Shown here piece after piece: positions 46,519 to 56,123 of a DNA stretch of 60,136 nucleotides. The DNA lies in contig JAKPNF010000036.1 of NCBI GenBank assembly GCA_029548565.1, positions 1 to 60,136 on the forward strand, given 5' to 3'. The notes below the pieces were generated by a model, which was given only the letters and a program-made list of their open reading frames with translations, searched no databases and was not told the DNA's origin. The translations under genes and the position numbers were made by a program. The DNA comes from Verrucomicrobiota bacterium (lineage in GTDB: Bacteria > Verrucomicrobiota > Verrucomicrobiia > Opitutales > JAKPNF01). Each line of letters starts with the position of its first letter. The first letter of the stretch is position 1.

Positions 46519-47859
46519 ATGATCCACGAAAAATCCTCGAGCGCGTCCCGCAAAAACAACAAGCCCTCGTTCACTTATCTCGTCGAAAAAAAACGCGACG
46601 GCGGTGAGTTCACCGAGGATGAGATCCGCTTCATCGTCGACTCGTTGCTGGACGAGGTGATGCCGGAAATGCAGGTCGCCGCGCTGGCCATGGCCATTTA
46701 TTTCAAGGGCATGAGCGCGCAGGAAACCGCCTACTTCGCCGAGGAGATGATGCTCTCCGGGGAAGTGTGCGACCTGGGCCGCATCGCCAAGCCCAAGATC
46801 ACCAAATACGCCTGCGGTGGCGTCGGCGACAAGACGGCAATGGTGCTGCCCGCGCTGGCCGCCTCCTGCGGCGTGATCATGCCCTCCATGATGGGCGTGG
46901 ACGAGGATTACCTCATCACCACTTTGGAAAAGCTCGAGGCCATCCCCGGCTTCAAGGCGGACATCCCGCTCAAGCAATTTAGCGAGCAGCTCGCCAAAAT
47001 CGGCTGCGCGATCGTGCGCCAGCACAAGGACATCGCTCCCGTGGACACGATGCTCTACGCCCTGCGCGAAAAGACCGGCACTTTGCCGAGCCTGCCGTTG
47101 ATCACTGGCAGCGTGTTGGCTCGCAAACTCGCCGAAGGGGCGGAGGGCCTGGTCGTCGACGTGAAGTCCGGCAATGGCTCGCACGTCAAGGACGTCGAGC
47201 AGGCCAAGCAGCTCGCCCGCTCCGTCACCCGCGTGGCGCGCAGCATGAACCGCCGCTGCGTGGCACTGGTGTCCGACATGAACCAGCCGCTGGGCGACTG
47301 CGTGGGCACCGGTTTGGAAATCCAGGAGGCCGTGAAATTGCTCAAGGGCGAGGGGCCGGAAGATTTGAAGGAACTCGTGCTCAAGCTCGGCATGGAAATC
47401 GTGCGCCTGGCCGGTGTGGCCGGCTCCACGCTCTCCGCCAAGCAAACGATCGAAAAACACCTGAAGGACGGCACCGCGCTCAAAAAGTTCCGCGACATGG
47501 TCGTGGCCCAAGGCGGCGACGGCGCCTACATCGACAATCCCGAAAAGTTCACCAAGGCCAAGTACGTGCGCAAGCTCGCCGCCCCCAAGCGCGGCTACGT
47601 GCACACCATCAACGCCGGCATGATCGCCAAGGGCGTGCAGATTCTGGCCACCAACAAAAAAGGCCAGCTCGACGCCGGCGCCGGTGTCTCCGAACTCAAA
47701 AAAATCGGCATGCAGGTCAAGCAAGGCGAACCGCTCATGATGATCCACTACAACGACGAGTCCAAACTCGACGCCGCACTGGAACAACTGCGCGGAGCCT
47801 ACCGCCTCGCCCCCAAGCGCCCGGGCGCCCCCTCGCTCATCATCGAGCGGGTCGCTTAA
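46519..47859 (+). CDS. deoA: pyrimidine-nucleoside (thymidine) phosphorylase
   Basis: ATG 46519. LVEKKRDGGEFTEDEIRFIVDSLLDEVMPEMQVAALAMAIYFKGMSAQE is the N-terminal helical domain. The ITKYACGGVGDKT, SGNGSHVKD and C-terminal alpha/beta domain patterns also fit. Confidence 0.85.
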   Translation: MIHEKSSSASRKNNKPSFTYLVEKKRDGGEFTEDEIRFIVDSLLDEVMPEMQVAALAMAIYFKGMSAQETAYFAEEMMLSGEVCDLGRIAKPKITKYACGGVGDKTAMVLPALAASCGVIMPSMMGVDEDYLITTLEKLEAIPGFKADIPLKQFSEQLAKIGCAIVRQHKDIAPVDTMLYALREKTGTLPSLPLITGSVLARKLAEGAEGLVVDVKSGNGSHVKDVEQAKQLARSVTRVARSMNRRCVALVSDMNQPLGDCVGTGLEIQEAVKLLKGEGPEDLKELVLKLGMEIVRLAGVAGSTLSAKQTIEKHLKDGTALKKFRDMVVAQGGDGAYIDNPEKFTKAKYVRKLAAPKRGYVHTINAGMIAKGVQILATNKKGQLDAGAGVSELKKIGMQVKQGEPLMMIHYNDESKLDAALEQLRGAYRLAPKRPGAPSLIIERVA

Positions 47860-47896
47860 AAACCTCCGGGTGCTTCGGCGTTCAAGCCCGCCTCAA

Positions 47897-47930
47897 AAGA
47901 CCGTTGCGCAATGCGCAGCGGTCTTTTTGT
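47897..47930 (+). terminator. intrinsic terminator after the nucleoside phosphorylase gene
   Basis: aagaccgttg (47897..47906) pairs with cagcggtctt (47916..47925) including one G-U pair, followed by a T-run. The ATG 47911 of ORF 47911..49488 sits inside the loop. Confidence 0.65.
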
Positions 47931-48006
47931 TTGGATGGGGGTTTGGCTTGAAAAGCACGGCCGCGCGCGGTGTAATGGGGACTTCACCCTTTTACCTTTT
48001 CCTCTC

Positions 48007-49488
48007 GTGAGCAACGAAACGTTTATCCTTTATCCCAATAGCCCCCGCGCGTTGCGCGTCAGCACGGCCGAGCTTTTTAAAAAGATCACATCCGGCGAGG
48101 TGGCCGCCGACGATCCCTGTTTGCGCGAGAGCGACGGAGCCTTGCTGTTTGCGCAGCAGGCGGCGCAGTCGGCAGACAATTCACGTTCAGAGGACGCAGA
48201 CATTCCCGTGGAAAAACCGCTGCCGCCCAAACCGCAGGCGCAGGCCGAGCCGCAGCGCCCCAAAAACTACGACGTCAGCTCCACCTTGCAGGATAAGGAA
48301 ATCAACTACCTGTTGAAATATTCGCTGGTTGTGTACGAGTCGCTAAACGACATGCCCGTCGCGCAGGCGCGCGCGCTGATCGCCCGCCACAAGCGCCGCC
48401 GCCGCTTGCGCTTGCTCGTGATACTTGCCGTCTTGATTGCGATCGGTTACGTACTCACCCTGGCAAAAGAAAAGCCACCCGCCCCATTGGAAACAGTGAC
48501 GATGGAGGTGCCCGCGCCCAGGAAGCAAGTCGTCACCACACCCAGCCCCTTCGCCGCCACGATGGATTTGAGCGCGATTGAGCAGGCCTTTGGCGTGGTC
48601 GAGGATACTTCGAGCGTCAATCAGGCAAACGGCCAAACCCTGCTGGGCACGGGGTTGATAATGGCCGACGGCGACCAGCGCTACTTTGTCACCGGCCTCG
48701 AGACTTTTATGAACGCGCGCAAGCCGAGCGTGCGCATGACAGGCGGCGGGCAGATTGCATTGGAAGGTCTTGGACTGTGGCTCAAAGGCGCGCTTGTCTT
48801 TTTTGTGCTGCCGCCCGAGGCCGCGTCCTCCGTGGCGGGCTTGACGGCGGAAAGTTCGGCGCAACTGCAAAGCCTGTCGCTGGCGCTGCTGGACATCGCG
48901 CCAAGCAAGGGAGCGACAAAAGCGCTGGCCTTCACGTTCAAGAACGAGCTGCAACAGGGTTTTTTCGAGGGCGAACTGGGCATCATCGGCAAACTGGTGC
49001 CAGGCGCGCCGGTTTTCAGCGCGGCCACGATGCTCCCTGTGGGCGCTGTCATCTCCAATGACGATACACACGCACGGTTGGAAGCCTATGATGTGCGGAT
49101 CGAATCGGTCGCCATGCCGCTGGAGTTTCTGCTGCAACAGGCCGCCCGCTACCGCAATTTCTGCCTGCGCACCGAGTCGCTAAAAGCCTTGGCCGCGCCG
49201 CAGTTTGACCGATCCAAACTCGAGGACTTGGAGATTGCCTCGCTGGTGACCGCCGTGCGCACCAAGCTGCTCTCCCAATCGGTTGCCCGCGGCATGAAGA
49301 TGGACGACCCGCACGCCGAGCGCCTGATGGGCGACTTCGCCAAAGGCTTGGCCATTTTCGCGAAAAGCGACCTTGTTCACTTCGAGCTGGAATACTTTTT
49401 CCAAAAGGCGCAGGCACAACTGCCACAGCGCCAGGAATACCTGAAACAAGCCGCCAAGACCATGACCGCCGAAAAGATCACGAAGTAG
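48007..49488 (+). CDS. single-pass membrane protein of unknown function
   Basis: The start is moved to in-frame GTG 48007, downstream of the terminator. The domain order is cytoplasmic N-domain, KRRRRLRLLVILAVLIAIGYVLTLA (TM helix), then a ~330 aa extracytoplasmic part. Confidence 0.5.
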   Translation: MSNETFILYPNSPRALRVSTAELFKKITSGEVAADDPCLRESDGALLFAQQAAQSADNSRSEDADIPVEKPLPPKPQAQAEPQRPKNYDVSSTLQDKEINYLLKYSLVVYESLNDMPVAQARALIARHKRRRRLRLLVILAVLIAIGYVLTLAKEKPPAPLETVTMEVPAPRKQVVTTPSPFAATMDLSAIEQAFGVVEDTSSVNQANGQTLLGTGLIMADGDQRYFVTGLETFMNARKPSVRMTGGGQIALEGLGLWLKGALVFFVLPPEAASSVAGLTAESSAQLQSLSLALLDIAPSKGATKALAFTFKNELQQGFFEGELGIIGKLVPGAPVFSAATMLPVGAVISNDDTHARLEAYDVRIESVAMPLEFLLQQAARYRNFCLRTESLKALAAPQFDRSKLEDLEIASLVTAVRTKLLSQSVARGMKMDDPHAERLMGDFAKGLAIFAKSDLVHFELEYFFQKAQAQLPQRQEYLKQAAKTMTAEKITK

Positions 49489-49681
49489 GGTGCGTTTTTA
49501 AAATGGCATTTGAGATGGACTGAGCTGAGAGCGTGGGTATCGGGAATACTGAATCCGACCGTGCGTCTATTGCGGATAGCGTTTGAAACAGCGATAGCCC
49601 CATCCCCGTTTGGCGCGGTAACGTGCGGGCTTGCTAAACCGTTGCAATCGCGGGGCGTTTGTTTATGATTTTTTTCATAGC

Positions 49682-50869
49682 ATGAACGAAAAACCGCCCC
49701 TGCTTTCCCCGTTGCAACGGCGCCTGAGTGCCGGCGCGCTTACTTGTGTGGCTGTCGCTGTGATTATCGCCGCTATTGTAGCGCTGCTGTGGGCGGCGGG
49801 GTGGTTTGTGAATGTTTTTTCGATGGTGCTTTGGCCGCTGGTGATCGCGGCGATTTTGTCGCTGCTGCTGCGCCCGTGTGTGCGCTTTTTTGAAAAGCGG
49901 CTGCGGTTGGGGCGCACGCTGTCCATTTTGCTATTGTTTGTGCTGGCGCTGGTCGGCGCTTTTGCGGTGGTCGCCTGGATTTTGCCGGTCTTTTTACGGC
50001 AGTTGGTGGAGTTTGTGCACACCTTGCCCGTGCTTGTGCAAAACGCGCAGGCGTATATTCACGAGCGTTGGCCGGACTTGGGCGAGAGCGTGCGGCATTT
50101 TTTGTCGGTGCCCTGGGTGCAAAACCTCTTGAACGAGCTGCCGCCTTTGACCAAGCCCATGATGAACCTTTCCTCCGTGGCGTTTGCCAAGGCGGGGCAG
50201 ACGCTGGTCACGCTTATCGCCATGGGCACGGGCGCCGCGCTGCTGCCGATTTACCTTTTCTATTTTTTGGACAGCGACAGCGACTTGACCGACGAGTTCG
50301 GCAGCCAGCTCACCTTCTTGCCACCCAAGGTGCGCGAGGATATTGTCTTTTTAATCCGTGAATTTAGGCACCTCGTCTTGTCTTTCTTCCGCGGCCAGAT
50401 GCTCATCGGGCTGATCATGGGGGTGCTGTATGGGGCGGGGTTTCAGGTGGCCGGACTGCGCTTCGGGCTTTTCCTGGGGCTGTGCCTGGGCTTTTTGAAC
50501 ATCATCCCCTACCTGGGAACCATCACCGGCGTCCTGTTTATTTTGCCGCTGTCCTTCTTCCAGACCGACGGGGGCTGGCCGGTGCTGTTGGGCGTGATCG
50601 GCGTCTTTGCCGTGGTGCAGGTGCTGGAGGGTTACTACCTGACTCCCAAGATCATGGGGAAACAAACGGGGCTGCACCCGATGCTGGTGATCGTCTCGAT
50701 TTTATTCTGGGGCATCGCGCTGAACGGCATTCTGGGCATGGTCTTGGCGATCCCGCTGACGGCCTTCCTGATCACCTTTTGGCACCTGTTGCGCGAGCGT
50801 TATCTGCCGCGTTACGCAGCGGATGAAAATCTCCTCGCGCCGCCAACCGTTTCGGACACAAAAAATTAG
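49682..50869 (+). CDS. AI-2E family transporter (PerM/UPF0118-type permease)
   Basis: ATG 49682. Polytopic protein. GFLNIIPYLGTITG and VVQVLEGYYLTPKIMG are the conserved AI-2E family blocks. Confidence 0.75.
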   Translation: MNEKPPLLSPLQRRLSAGALTCVAVAVIIAAIVALLWAAGWFVNVFSMVLWPLVIAAILSLLLRPCVRFFEKRLRLGRTLSILLLFVLALVGAFAVVAWILPVFLRQLVEFVHTLPVLVQNAQAYIHERWPDLGESVRHFLSVPWVQNLLNELPPLTKPMMNLSSVAFAKAGQTLVTLIAMGTGAALLPIYLFYFLDSDSDLTDEFGSQLTFLPPKVREDIVFLIREFRHLVLSFFRGQMLIGLIMGVLYGAGFQVAGLRFGLFLGLCLGFLNIIPYLGTITGVLFILPLSFFQTDGGWPVLLGVIGVFAVVQVLEGYYLTPKIMGKQTGLHPMLVIVSILFWGIALNGILGMVLAIPLTAFLITFWHLLRERYLPRYAADENLLAPPTVSDTKN

Positions 50870-50990
50870 CACTGCCTCCTCGCAACTTTTTACGCCCGAA
50901 CGGGGTTTAAAGCTGGTAGTGGTGTTTCCCTCATCTAATAGACCCCCATTACTCACTGTGGCCAACGGCTTTTCATTTTCAAAATTCCGG

Positions 50991-52187
50991 ATGACGTCCA
51001 GCGCGCAAGCGCTGGTGCTGGTGCCCACGGGTTTTTGTTTTTTGCAGCGCGAGACGCGGCCGGAGGGTGTGGAGAAAATACCGCAGTTAATGGATTTTGC
51101 CGCGCTGGCGCTGGAGGGAAGTTCCCCTTTTCCGCAGGAGCAACTGGCCTGGGGTTGGCTGGCGCAAACAGGTTTTGACACTGTCTGGGTCGCGGCCGCG
51201 CTGCGCGAACGCCTTGCACGCGAGGCGCTGGCGATCGACGAGGGGGCGCCGTTTTGCCTGCCCGCGCTTGTGGCCGCATGCACGATGCAGCCGCAAAAGG
51301 CGCGGCGGATTTTTTTGTGGGAGGAAGACACGCTTAGTTGTCTGGACTTTGAGACTGGCGCGCTCTGGCCCTCGCAGATCGCCACGGAGCTGCTGGCCGA
51401 GCCCACGGCGCAGGCGGCCTTTGCCGCGCGTGAAAAATTTTTGGAGGACAAGCGCGCGGCCGATTTTAACGGCGAGATCCTTCCCGGCCTTTATGCGCAG
51501 GCGCGGGGCTTTATGCTGGCCTCGGGCGCGGTGTCGTTTGAGCTGGATTTTTATGAAAACGCGCAGGCGCAAGGGCAGGTGACAAAAACCGCCTGGCCGC
51601 GCAAGCAAAACGCGCTGCTGTGGCAGGCCGATTTGCGCGAGAAGGAATTTTTGTCGAAGGAACACAAACAGCGCGCGCGCGCCGCGTGGCTGTGGAGAGC
51701 GTGCGTGGGCAGCGTCGTGGCGGCGCTGTTGCTGCTGCTGTGGCAAAGCGCCCTGTGGGTGGCGGACAGTTCGCTGAAAACCCGCGCGGCCGCCGCCAAA
51801 GAAAAGGAACCGGCCGTCGAGGCGATACGCCAGAACCAGCAGTTGCTTTTCAAGATCGAGCAGGCGGTCGATTCCGAGCTGCGCCCTTACGCGATGCTGG
51901 CCGAACTTAACCGCGTGCGCCTGGACGACGAGACGCTCAAAAGCCTCTACTTCCTCAATCTGCAAACGGAAGGCAATAGCGCGCTGACGCTGCAGGGCAA
52001 GGCGTCCTCCATCGCGCAGGTCAACACCTACGCCGACTTGCTGAAAAAATCGGGGCTATTCAAGTCGGTCGATTTGCCGAACCTGCAGTCGCGTTTTGGC
52101 GGGGCGGACTTCACGCTCAAGGTCGATTTCAAATCCATGCCGCAAGAGGCGCCCGCCGCGCCCATCGCCCAAAATAACGCCCCATGA
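50991..52187 (+). CDS. bitopic assembly-platform protein, GspL-like / fused PilM-PilN-like
   Basis: ATG 50991. A ~240 aa cytoplasmic domain is followed by the TM helix AAWLWRACVGSVVAALLLLLWQSALWVA and a ~130 aa periplasmic domain (LNRVRL...LYFLNLQTEG..LTLQGKASS...V..Y...L) that resembles PilN/GspL ferredoxin-like domains. The stop overlaps the next start (ATGA). Confidence 0.5.
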   Translation: MTSSAQALVLVPTGFCFLQRETRPEGVEKIPQLMDFAALALEGSSPFPQEQLAWGWLAQTGFDTVWVAAALRERLAREALAIDEGAPFCLPALVAACTMQPQKARRIFLWEEDTLSCLDFETGALWPSQIATELLAEPTAQAAFAAREKFLEDKRAADFNGEILPGLYAQARGFMLASGAVSFELDFYENAQAQGQVTKTAWPRKQNALLWQADLREKEFLSKEHKQRARAAWLWRACVGSVVAALLLLLWQSALWVADSSLKTRAAAAKEKEPAVEAIRQNQQLLFKIEQAVDSELRPYAMLAELNRVRLDDETLKSLYFLNLQTEGNSALTLQGKASSIAQVNTYADLLKKSGLFKSVDLPNLQSRFGGADFTLKVDFKSMPQEAPAAPIAQNNAP

Positions 52188-52723
52188 TCGACTGGCTGCA
52201 CAACGTGTTTAACCGCCTGAGCCTGCGCGAAAAACTCATGCTCACCGCCTTGCTGTGGGCGGGCATCTTCGTGTGGCTTGGCTCCGTGCGGCGCCACCAG
52301 CAGGAATATAAAAGCGCGTCTTCCGCGCTCAAGCACCAAACGGCCGAACAATCCGGCTGGTTTACACAAGGCCCGCTGATCGACGCGCAGATCAAAAAGA
52401 TCACCGACCGCATGCAGGCTCAGCCCTTTTTTGACGGCAGCGAACTGGCGGGCAAGGTCGACGGGTTTGTGCGCGAGCTGGGCATGAGCGCCGACATCTC
52501 CGCCCCGCGCAGCCAGCAGGGCGACATTTTTAACGTCCACTCGCTCACCCTGCGCGTGGCGCGCGCCAACTTGCCGGAACTCATGGCGCTGGACGAAAAA
52601 TTGCGCGGCCACTCGCCGTACCTGGTGCTCGAGCGCGTCACGCTGCGCCCCGACAACAAAGACCCGCTTTATCTCAGCGCACAACTGACCATCCAATCGC
52701 TCGAACTCAAGCAATCCTTTTAA
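52184..52723 (+). CDS. GspM/PilO-like bitopic assembly protein
   Basis: 179 aa. A short cytoplasmic N-terminus is followed by the TM helix LMLTALLWAGIFVWLGSV, a coiled segment and a C-terminal alpha/beta domain. The call rests on its position between the L-like gene and the secretin and on its topology. Confidence 0.45.
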   Translation: MIDWLHNVFNRLSLREKLMLTALLWAGIFVWLGSVRRHQQEYKSASSALKHQTAEQSGWFTQGPLIDAQIKKITDRMQAQPFFDGSELAGKVDGFVRELGMSADISAPRSQQGDIFNVHSLTLRVARANLPELMALDEKLRGHSPYLVLERVTLRPDNKDPLYLSAQLTIQSLELKQSF

Positions 52724-52734
52724 ATTTTTCCGTC

Positions 52735-55152
52735 ATGCCTCGTTTCATCTTTATTTTTCTTTTGGCCGCCGCCGCGCTAGTCGCGCAGGAAACACCCGCA
52801 TCCGCGCCAACACCTGAAACGCCCACGGCAGCGACCGAAGCATCCACGACAACCGCGCAGTCGGCGCAGGCGCCCGCACCGCGCCGTGGCGTGGTGATGC
52901 CGGGGGCGCGCCCGCAGCGTCCGCAGTCCGCCACGAACGAATCTGCCGCACCCGCCACGCCCGCGCAAGGCGAGGCGCAAACGCCGCTGTCTTTCACCAG
53001 CCAAACGGCCGCGCAAGAAATGCCGCCGGAACAAAAACCCTTCAGCGGCACTGCGGAACTTCCGATCGTGGGCGATCTGGATTTGGACGAACAAGTCGGC
53101 CCCTTTTTATTGGTGGACGAGGTGGGGCCGCAGATCCTTTCGCTGTACGAGCAGCTCACGGGCAAAATCATTTTGGCGCAGCAGACAATCCCGCAGGTCA
53201 AAATCAATTTCAACAGCCGCGGCACGCTCAGCCGCCGCGACGCGGTGGCCGCCATAGAGACTTTGCTCACGCTCAACGGCATCTCGCTCATGCCGCTGAA
53301 CGACAACTTTGTGAAGGCCGTGCCCACGGGCGGGATTAACACGCAGTCGCCGGAAATCCTCATGGACAAGGATATTCAAACGCGCCTGCCCAGCCAGACG
53401 TTTTATTCGCGCGTGTTCAAACTGGGCACCCTCACGCCGACGGAGGCAATGCCGCTGCTGCAACCGCTGCTGACCGCCCAGCCCCCGGGCGCGGCGACCA
53501 TCGTCGCCTTTGAGAAGGCGCGCGCGCTTTTGGTGACGGACACGCTGGTGAATTTGCAGCGCATGGACCGCGTCATCAAACAGCTCGACAACGCGCAGGA
53601 TTTCGAGAACGTCGTCTCCTTTTTCCCGCTGCGCTACGCCAAGGCCAGCGAGGTACTCGCGCGTTTGCAGCGCATGCAAGGCGGCATTTTCAAGCGCAGC
53701 ATGTCAAACGTGAGCACTTCTTTCGAGGCCGACGACCGCACTAACCAGCTCATGGTCATCACCGATTCCGAGAACATGGAAACGCTGCGCAAAATCATCA
53801 ACGGCTTTGACGTGGATATCGACCCGCTGACACGCTCGGAGGTTTTTTATATTCAGCAGGCAGACGCCAAGGAACTGGCCGACGTGCTCAAGCAGTTGGT
53901 CAGCGGCCAGCAGCAGGCCACCAAGCAGACGCAGACCCAACAGCAGCAAAACGCCCGCAACGCGCAAGCCACGGCCACACGCAGCGGCCAGCAGGTGCGC
54001 GTGAACACGGCCGCCTCCACCGCGATCGCCGCCGCCCCGCGCGCGGAGCTGATCCCCAACCTCTTCGGCGACGAGAACAATTCCTTCCAGTTCAGCCAGT
54101 TTGTCACGATCGTTCCGGACGAGCGCAGCAACTCCATCGTCGTGTACGGAACGCCCACCGACATCAAGCAGGTCAAGGGCGTCATCGACCAGATGGACAT
54201 CTCGCGCCTGCAGGTACGCGTGGAGGTGATCATCACGGAGGTCACGCTGACCAACCAGCAGGTGTCAGGCCTGGAAAATTTCCAGCTCAAGGGCGTGGAC
54301 ATCAACCGCAGCGACTGGCGCATTGACGCATCGGGCAAAACGCCCGTGATGGGCAACGCGAGCAGCCCGGCCTTTGAGTTTTCGCTGGAAGACTACACGC
54401 TGAACATGGTCTTCAATGTCGCCAAGCGCGACAGCAACGTGAAAGTGCTTTCCGCCCCGAGCATCACGACCACGCACAACGAAAAAGGCTCCATCAGCAT
54501 GTTTGAGGAGCGCCCGCGCGTGACATCCTCCACCACCAACACCGACGCCTCGTCGGGCAGTTCCAACCAGGTCACGCAGGCAATTGAGTGGAAAAAAATC
54601 GGCATCGAACTGGAGCTGGACAACATTCGTGTGGGGCCGAACGGAAATATTCAAATGGAAATCACCCAGCGTGTTTCCGACACGATCGAAAGCCAGATGG
54701 TCGGCGGGGTGCAAACCCCCATCGTCTCCACGCGCGAGGCCAAGAGCTTTGTCACCGCGCGCGATGGCCAGGTGGTGGTGCTCGGCGGCCTGCAGACCAT
54801 CACCAACAATCAGAGCGACGGGCGCGTCACTTTCTGGGGATCGATTCCGCTGCTGGGCAATTTGTTCCGCCCGCAAACGTCCGAAATCAAGCGCCGCGAG
54901 CTGATCTTCTTCCTGCGCCCTGTTATCATTCAGTCCGCCCGCATGGAAGACGTCTACACGCAGCGCACCGTGAAAAATTCCGGCGCGCTAGAAGACCTCA
55001 AGGAATACGACGAGCTGGGCGTTTTCCGCACGCCGAACGAGCGCGAGGAGGCGAAACGCAAAGCCGAGGAGGAAGCGAAAAAGGCACAGCAATCACAAGA
55101 CAGCGCGCGTCAGCCGGCCAAGCGCGTCAAGCGCGGCGGGCCGCACAGTTAA
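52735..55152 (+). CDS. secretin (GspD/PilQ family outer-membrane channel)
   Basis: 805 aa with a signal peptide and a T/A/P/Q-rich linker. N-domains include FFPLRYAKASEVLARLQ. The secretin core includes VRVEVIITEVTLTNQ, VKVLSAPSITTTHNEKGSI, VVVLGGLQT, IPLLGNLFR and ELIFFLRPVII. Confidence 0.85.
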   Translation: MPRFIFIFLLAAAALVAQETPASAPTPETPTAATEASTTTAQSAQAPAPRRGVVMPGARPQRPQSATNESAAPATPAQGEAQTPLSFTSQTAAQEMPPEQKPFSGTAELPIVGDLDLDEQVGPFLLVDEVGPQILSLYEQLTGKIILAQQTIPQVKINFNSRGTLSRRDAVAAIETLLTLNGISLMPLNDNFVKAVPTGGINTQSPEILMDKDIQTRLPSQTFYSRVFKLGTLTPTEAMPLLQPLLTAQPPGAATIVAFEKARALLVTDTLVNLQRMDRVIKQLDNAQDFENVVSFFPLRYAKASEVLARLQRMQGGIFKRSMSNVSTSFEADDRTNQLMVITDSENMETLRKIINGFDVDIDPLTRSEVFYIQQADAKELADVLKQLVSGQQQATKQTQTQQQQNARNAQATATRSGQQVRVNTAASTAIAAAPRAELIPNLFGDENNSFQFSQFVTIVPDERSNSIVVYGTPTDIKQVKGVIDQMDISRLQVRVEVIITEVTLTNQQVSGLENFQLKGVDINRSDWRIDASGKTPVMGNASSPAFEFSLEDYTLNMVFNVAKRDSNVKVLSAPSITTTHNEKGSISMFEERPRVTSSTTNTDASSGSSNQVTQAIEWKKIGIELELDNIRVGPNGNIQMEITQRVSDTIESQMVGGVQTPIVSTREAKSFVTARDGQVVVLGGLQTITNNQSDGRVTFWGSIPLLGNLFRPQTSEIKRRELIFFLRPVIIQSARMEDVYTQRTVKNSGALEDLKEYDELGVFRTPNEREEAKRKAEEEAKKAQQSQDSARQPAKRVKRGGPHS

Positions 55153-55172
55153 TTTTTTCACCCTTAATTTTC

Positions 55173-56117
55173 GTGAAGTCATTTTTCCAAAAAGCGCTCT
55201 TGTTGTCCGCCGCCTGGCTGACGGTGGCGGCGCTGCGCGCGCAGGAAGAACCCGCGTCGCAAACCGAGGCCGAGGAAGCGCCGACCGTCACGATCACGCG
55301 TCAGGACGACCCTGAGACGGGGCAGCAGATGGTGGTCGTCGAAGTTTCCCAAGCGCAAAACACACAGTCGGCGCAGGCATCTGACGACGATGACGAGAAA
55401 ACAAAAGCCCCGCAGGTTTTGAGCGTGCAGGGCGGGGCGGCACCAGTGGCGGACGAGGCACCAGAAACTCCGGCGGAAAACGACGAGCAGGCAAACACGG
55501 CGCAAACATCCTCCGCGGCGCTACCCGCCGCTGCCCCCGCGCCCGCGCCCGAGCTTACAGCCGCCGAGTTGCTCGTAAAAAATTCTCCCTTCCTGCCGCC
55601 CAATTATTTTCTGATGCGCCAGAGTGTCAACCTGCCGCGCCCCAGCGGCGTCGATCCCGTGGAATTTCGCGCCGCGGTGCGCCTGAACGGTCATTGGCAG
55701 TTCAGTTTTTACGACGCCAAAAACAGACGCAGCTTTTGGGTGGGCGAACAGGACGAGGCATCCCCCTACCGCGTGCAGGGCTACGACGAAAAGACACAGC
55801 AAGTCTCCGTCGAGATCAACGGCGCGCTCACGCAGTTGCCGATCAAAACGCCGTCCGACCAGCCGCTGGCCATCAATGCAGGCGGTGCGGCGCCCAAAGC
55901 GGCGGCCAAGCCCGCCACTCAGCAGCCGCAGCAAAAAAACGCACAGGCCCAGCAAAAGGCCCAACCCGCCGCCGCGCAACAACCGGCGCGCGTGGTCACC
56001 GGCGGCAGCGCGACCACGCAGGCGCAAGTCCAGCAGCCGGCCGCCAACACCCAGCAAAGCACGCAAAATTCAAGCACAACCCAGCGCAGGCGCATCGTCG
56101 CGCCCGCGCCCAAATGA
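55173..56117 (+). CDS. secreted Q/A/P-rich protein with one small folded domain (candidate GspC-HR/PilP-like secretin partner)
   Basis: In-frame GTG 55173, 21 nt after the secretin stop, gives VKSFFQKALLLSAAWLTVAALRAQ, a signal peptide. This is followed by an acidic/Ala-Pro linker, the core VEFRAAVRLNGHWQFSFYDAKNRRSFWVGEQDEASPYRVQGYDEKTQQVSVEINGALTQLPI, and a Gln-rich tail. The upstream part of ORF 54588 overlaps the secretin out of frame. Confidence 0.55.
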   Translation: MKSFFQKALLLSAAWLTVAALRAQEEPASQTEAEEAPTVTITRQDDPETGQQMVVVEVSQAQNTQSAQASDDDDEKTKAPQVLSVQGGAAPVADEAPETPAENDEQANTAQTSSAALPAAAPAPAPELTAAELLVKNSPFLPPNYFLMRQSVNLPRPSGVDPVEFRAAVRLNGHWQFSFYDAKNRRSFWVGEQDEASPYRVQGYDEKTQQVSVEINGALTQLPIKTPSDQPLAINAGGAAPKAAAKPATQQPQQKNAQAQQKAQPAAAQQPARVVTGGSATTQAQVQQPAANTQQSTQNSSTTQRRRIVAPAPK

Positions 56118-56123
56118 TCCGCC

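Noticed and set aside
47911-48006. ATG 47911 as the start of the 525-aa ORF.
   Set aside because: The codon sits in the loop of the terminator hairpin of the upstream gene (47897..47930). The in-frame GTG 48007 is preferred, though this remains uncertain.
49489-49681. 193-nt untranslated gap upstream of the AI-2E transporter gene, as a possible riboswitch or sRNA.
   Set aside because: I found no convincing conserved structure, terminator or known motif. It is left unannotated.
54588-55172. N-terminal 195 codons of ORF 54588..56117, overlapping the secretin gene.
   Set aside because: This part is out of frame with the strongly supported secretin and translates to Arg/Gly/Pro-rich low-complexity sequence. 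A signal peptide begins only at the in-frame GTG 55173, after the secretin stop.
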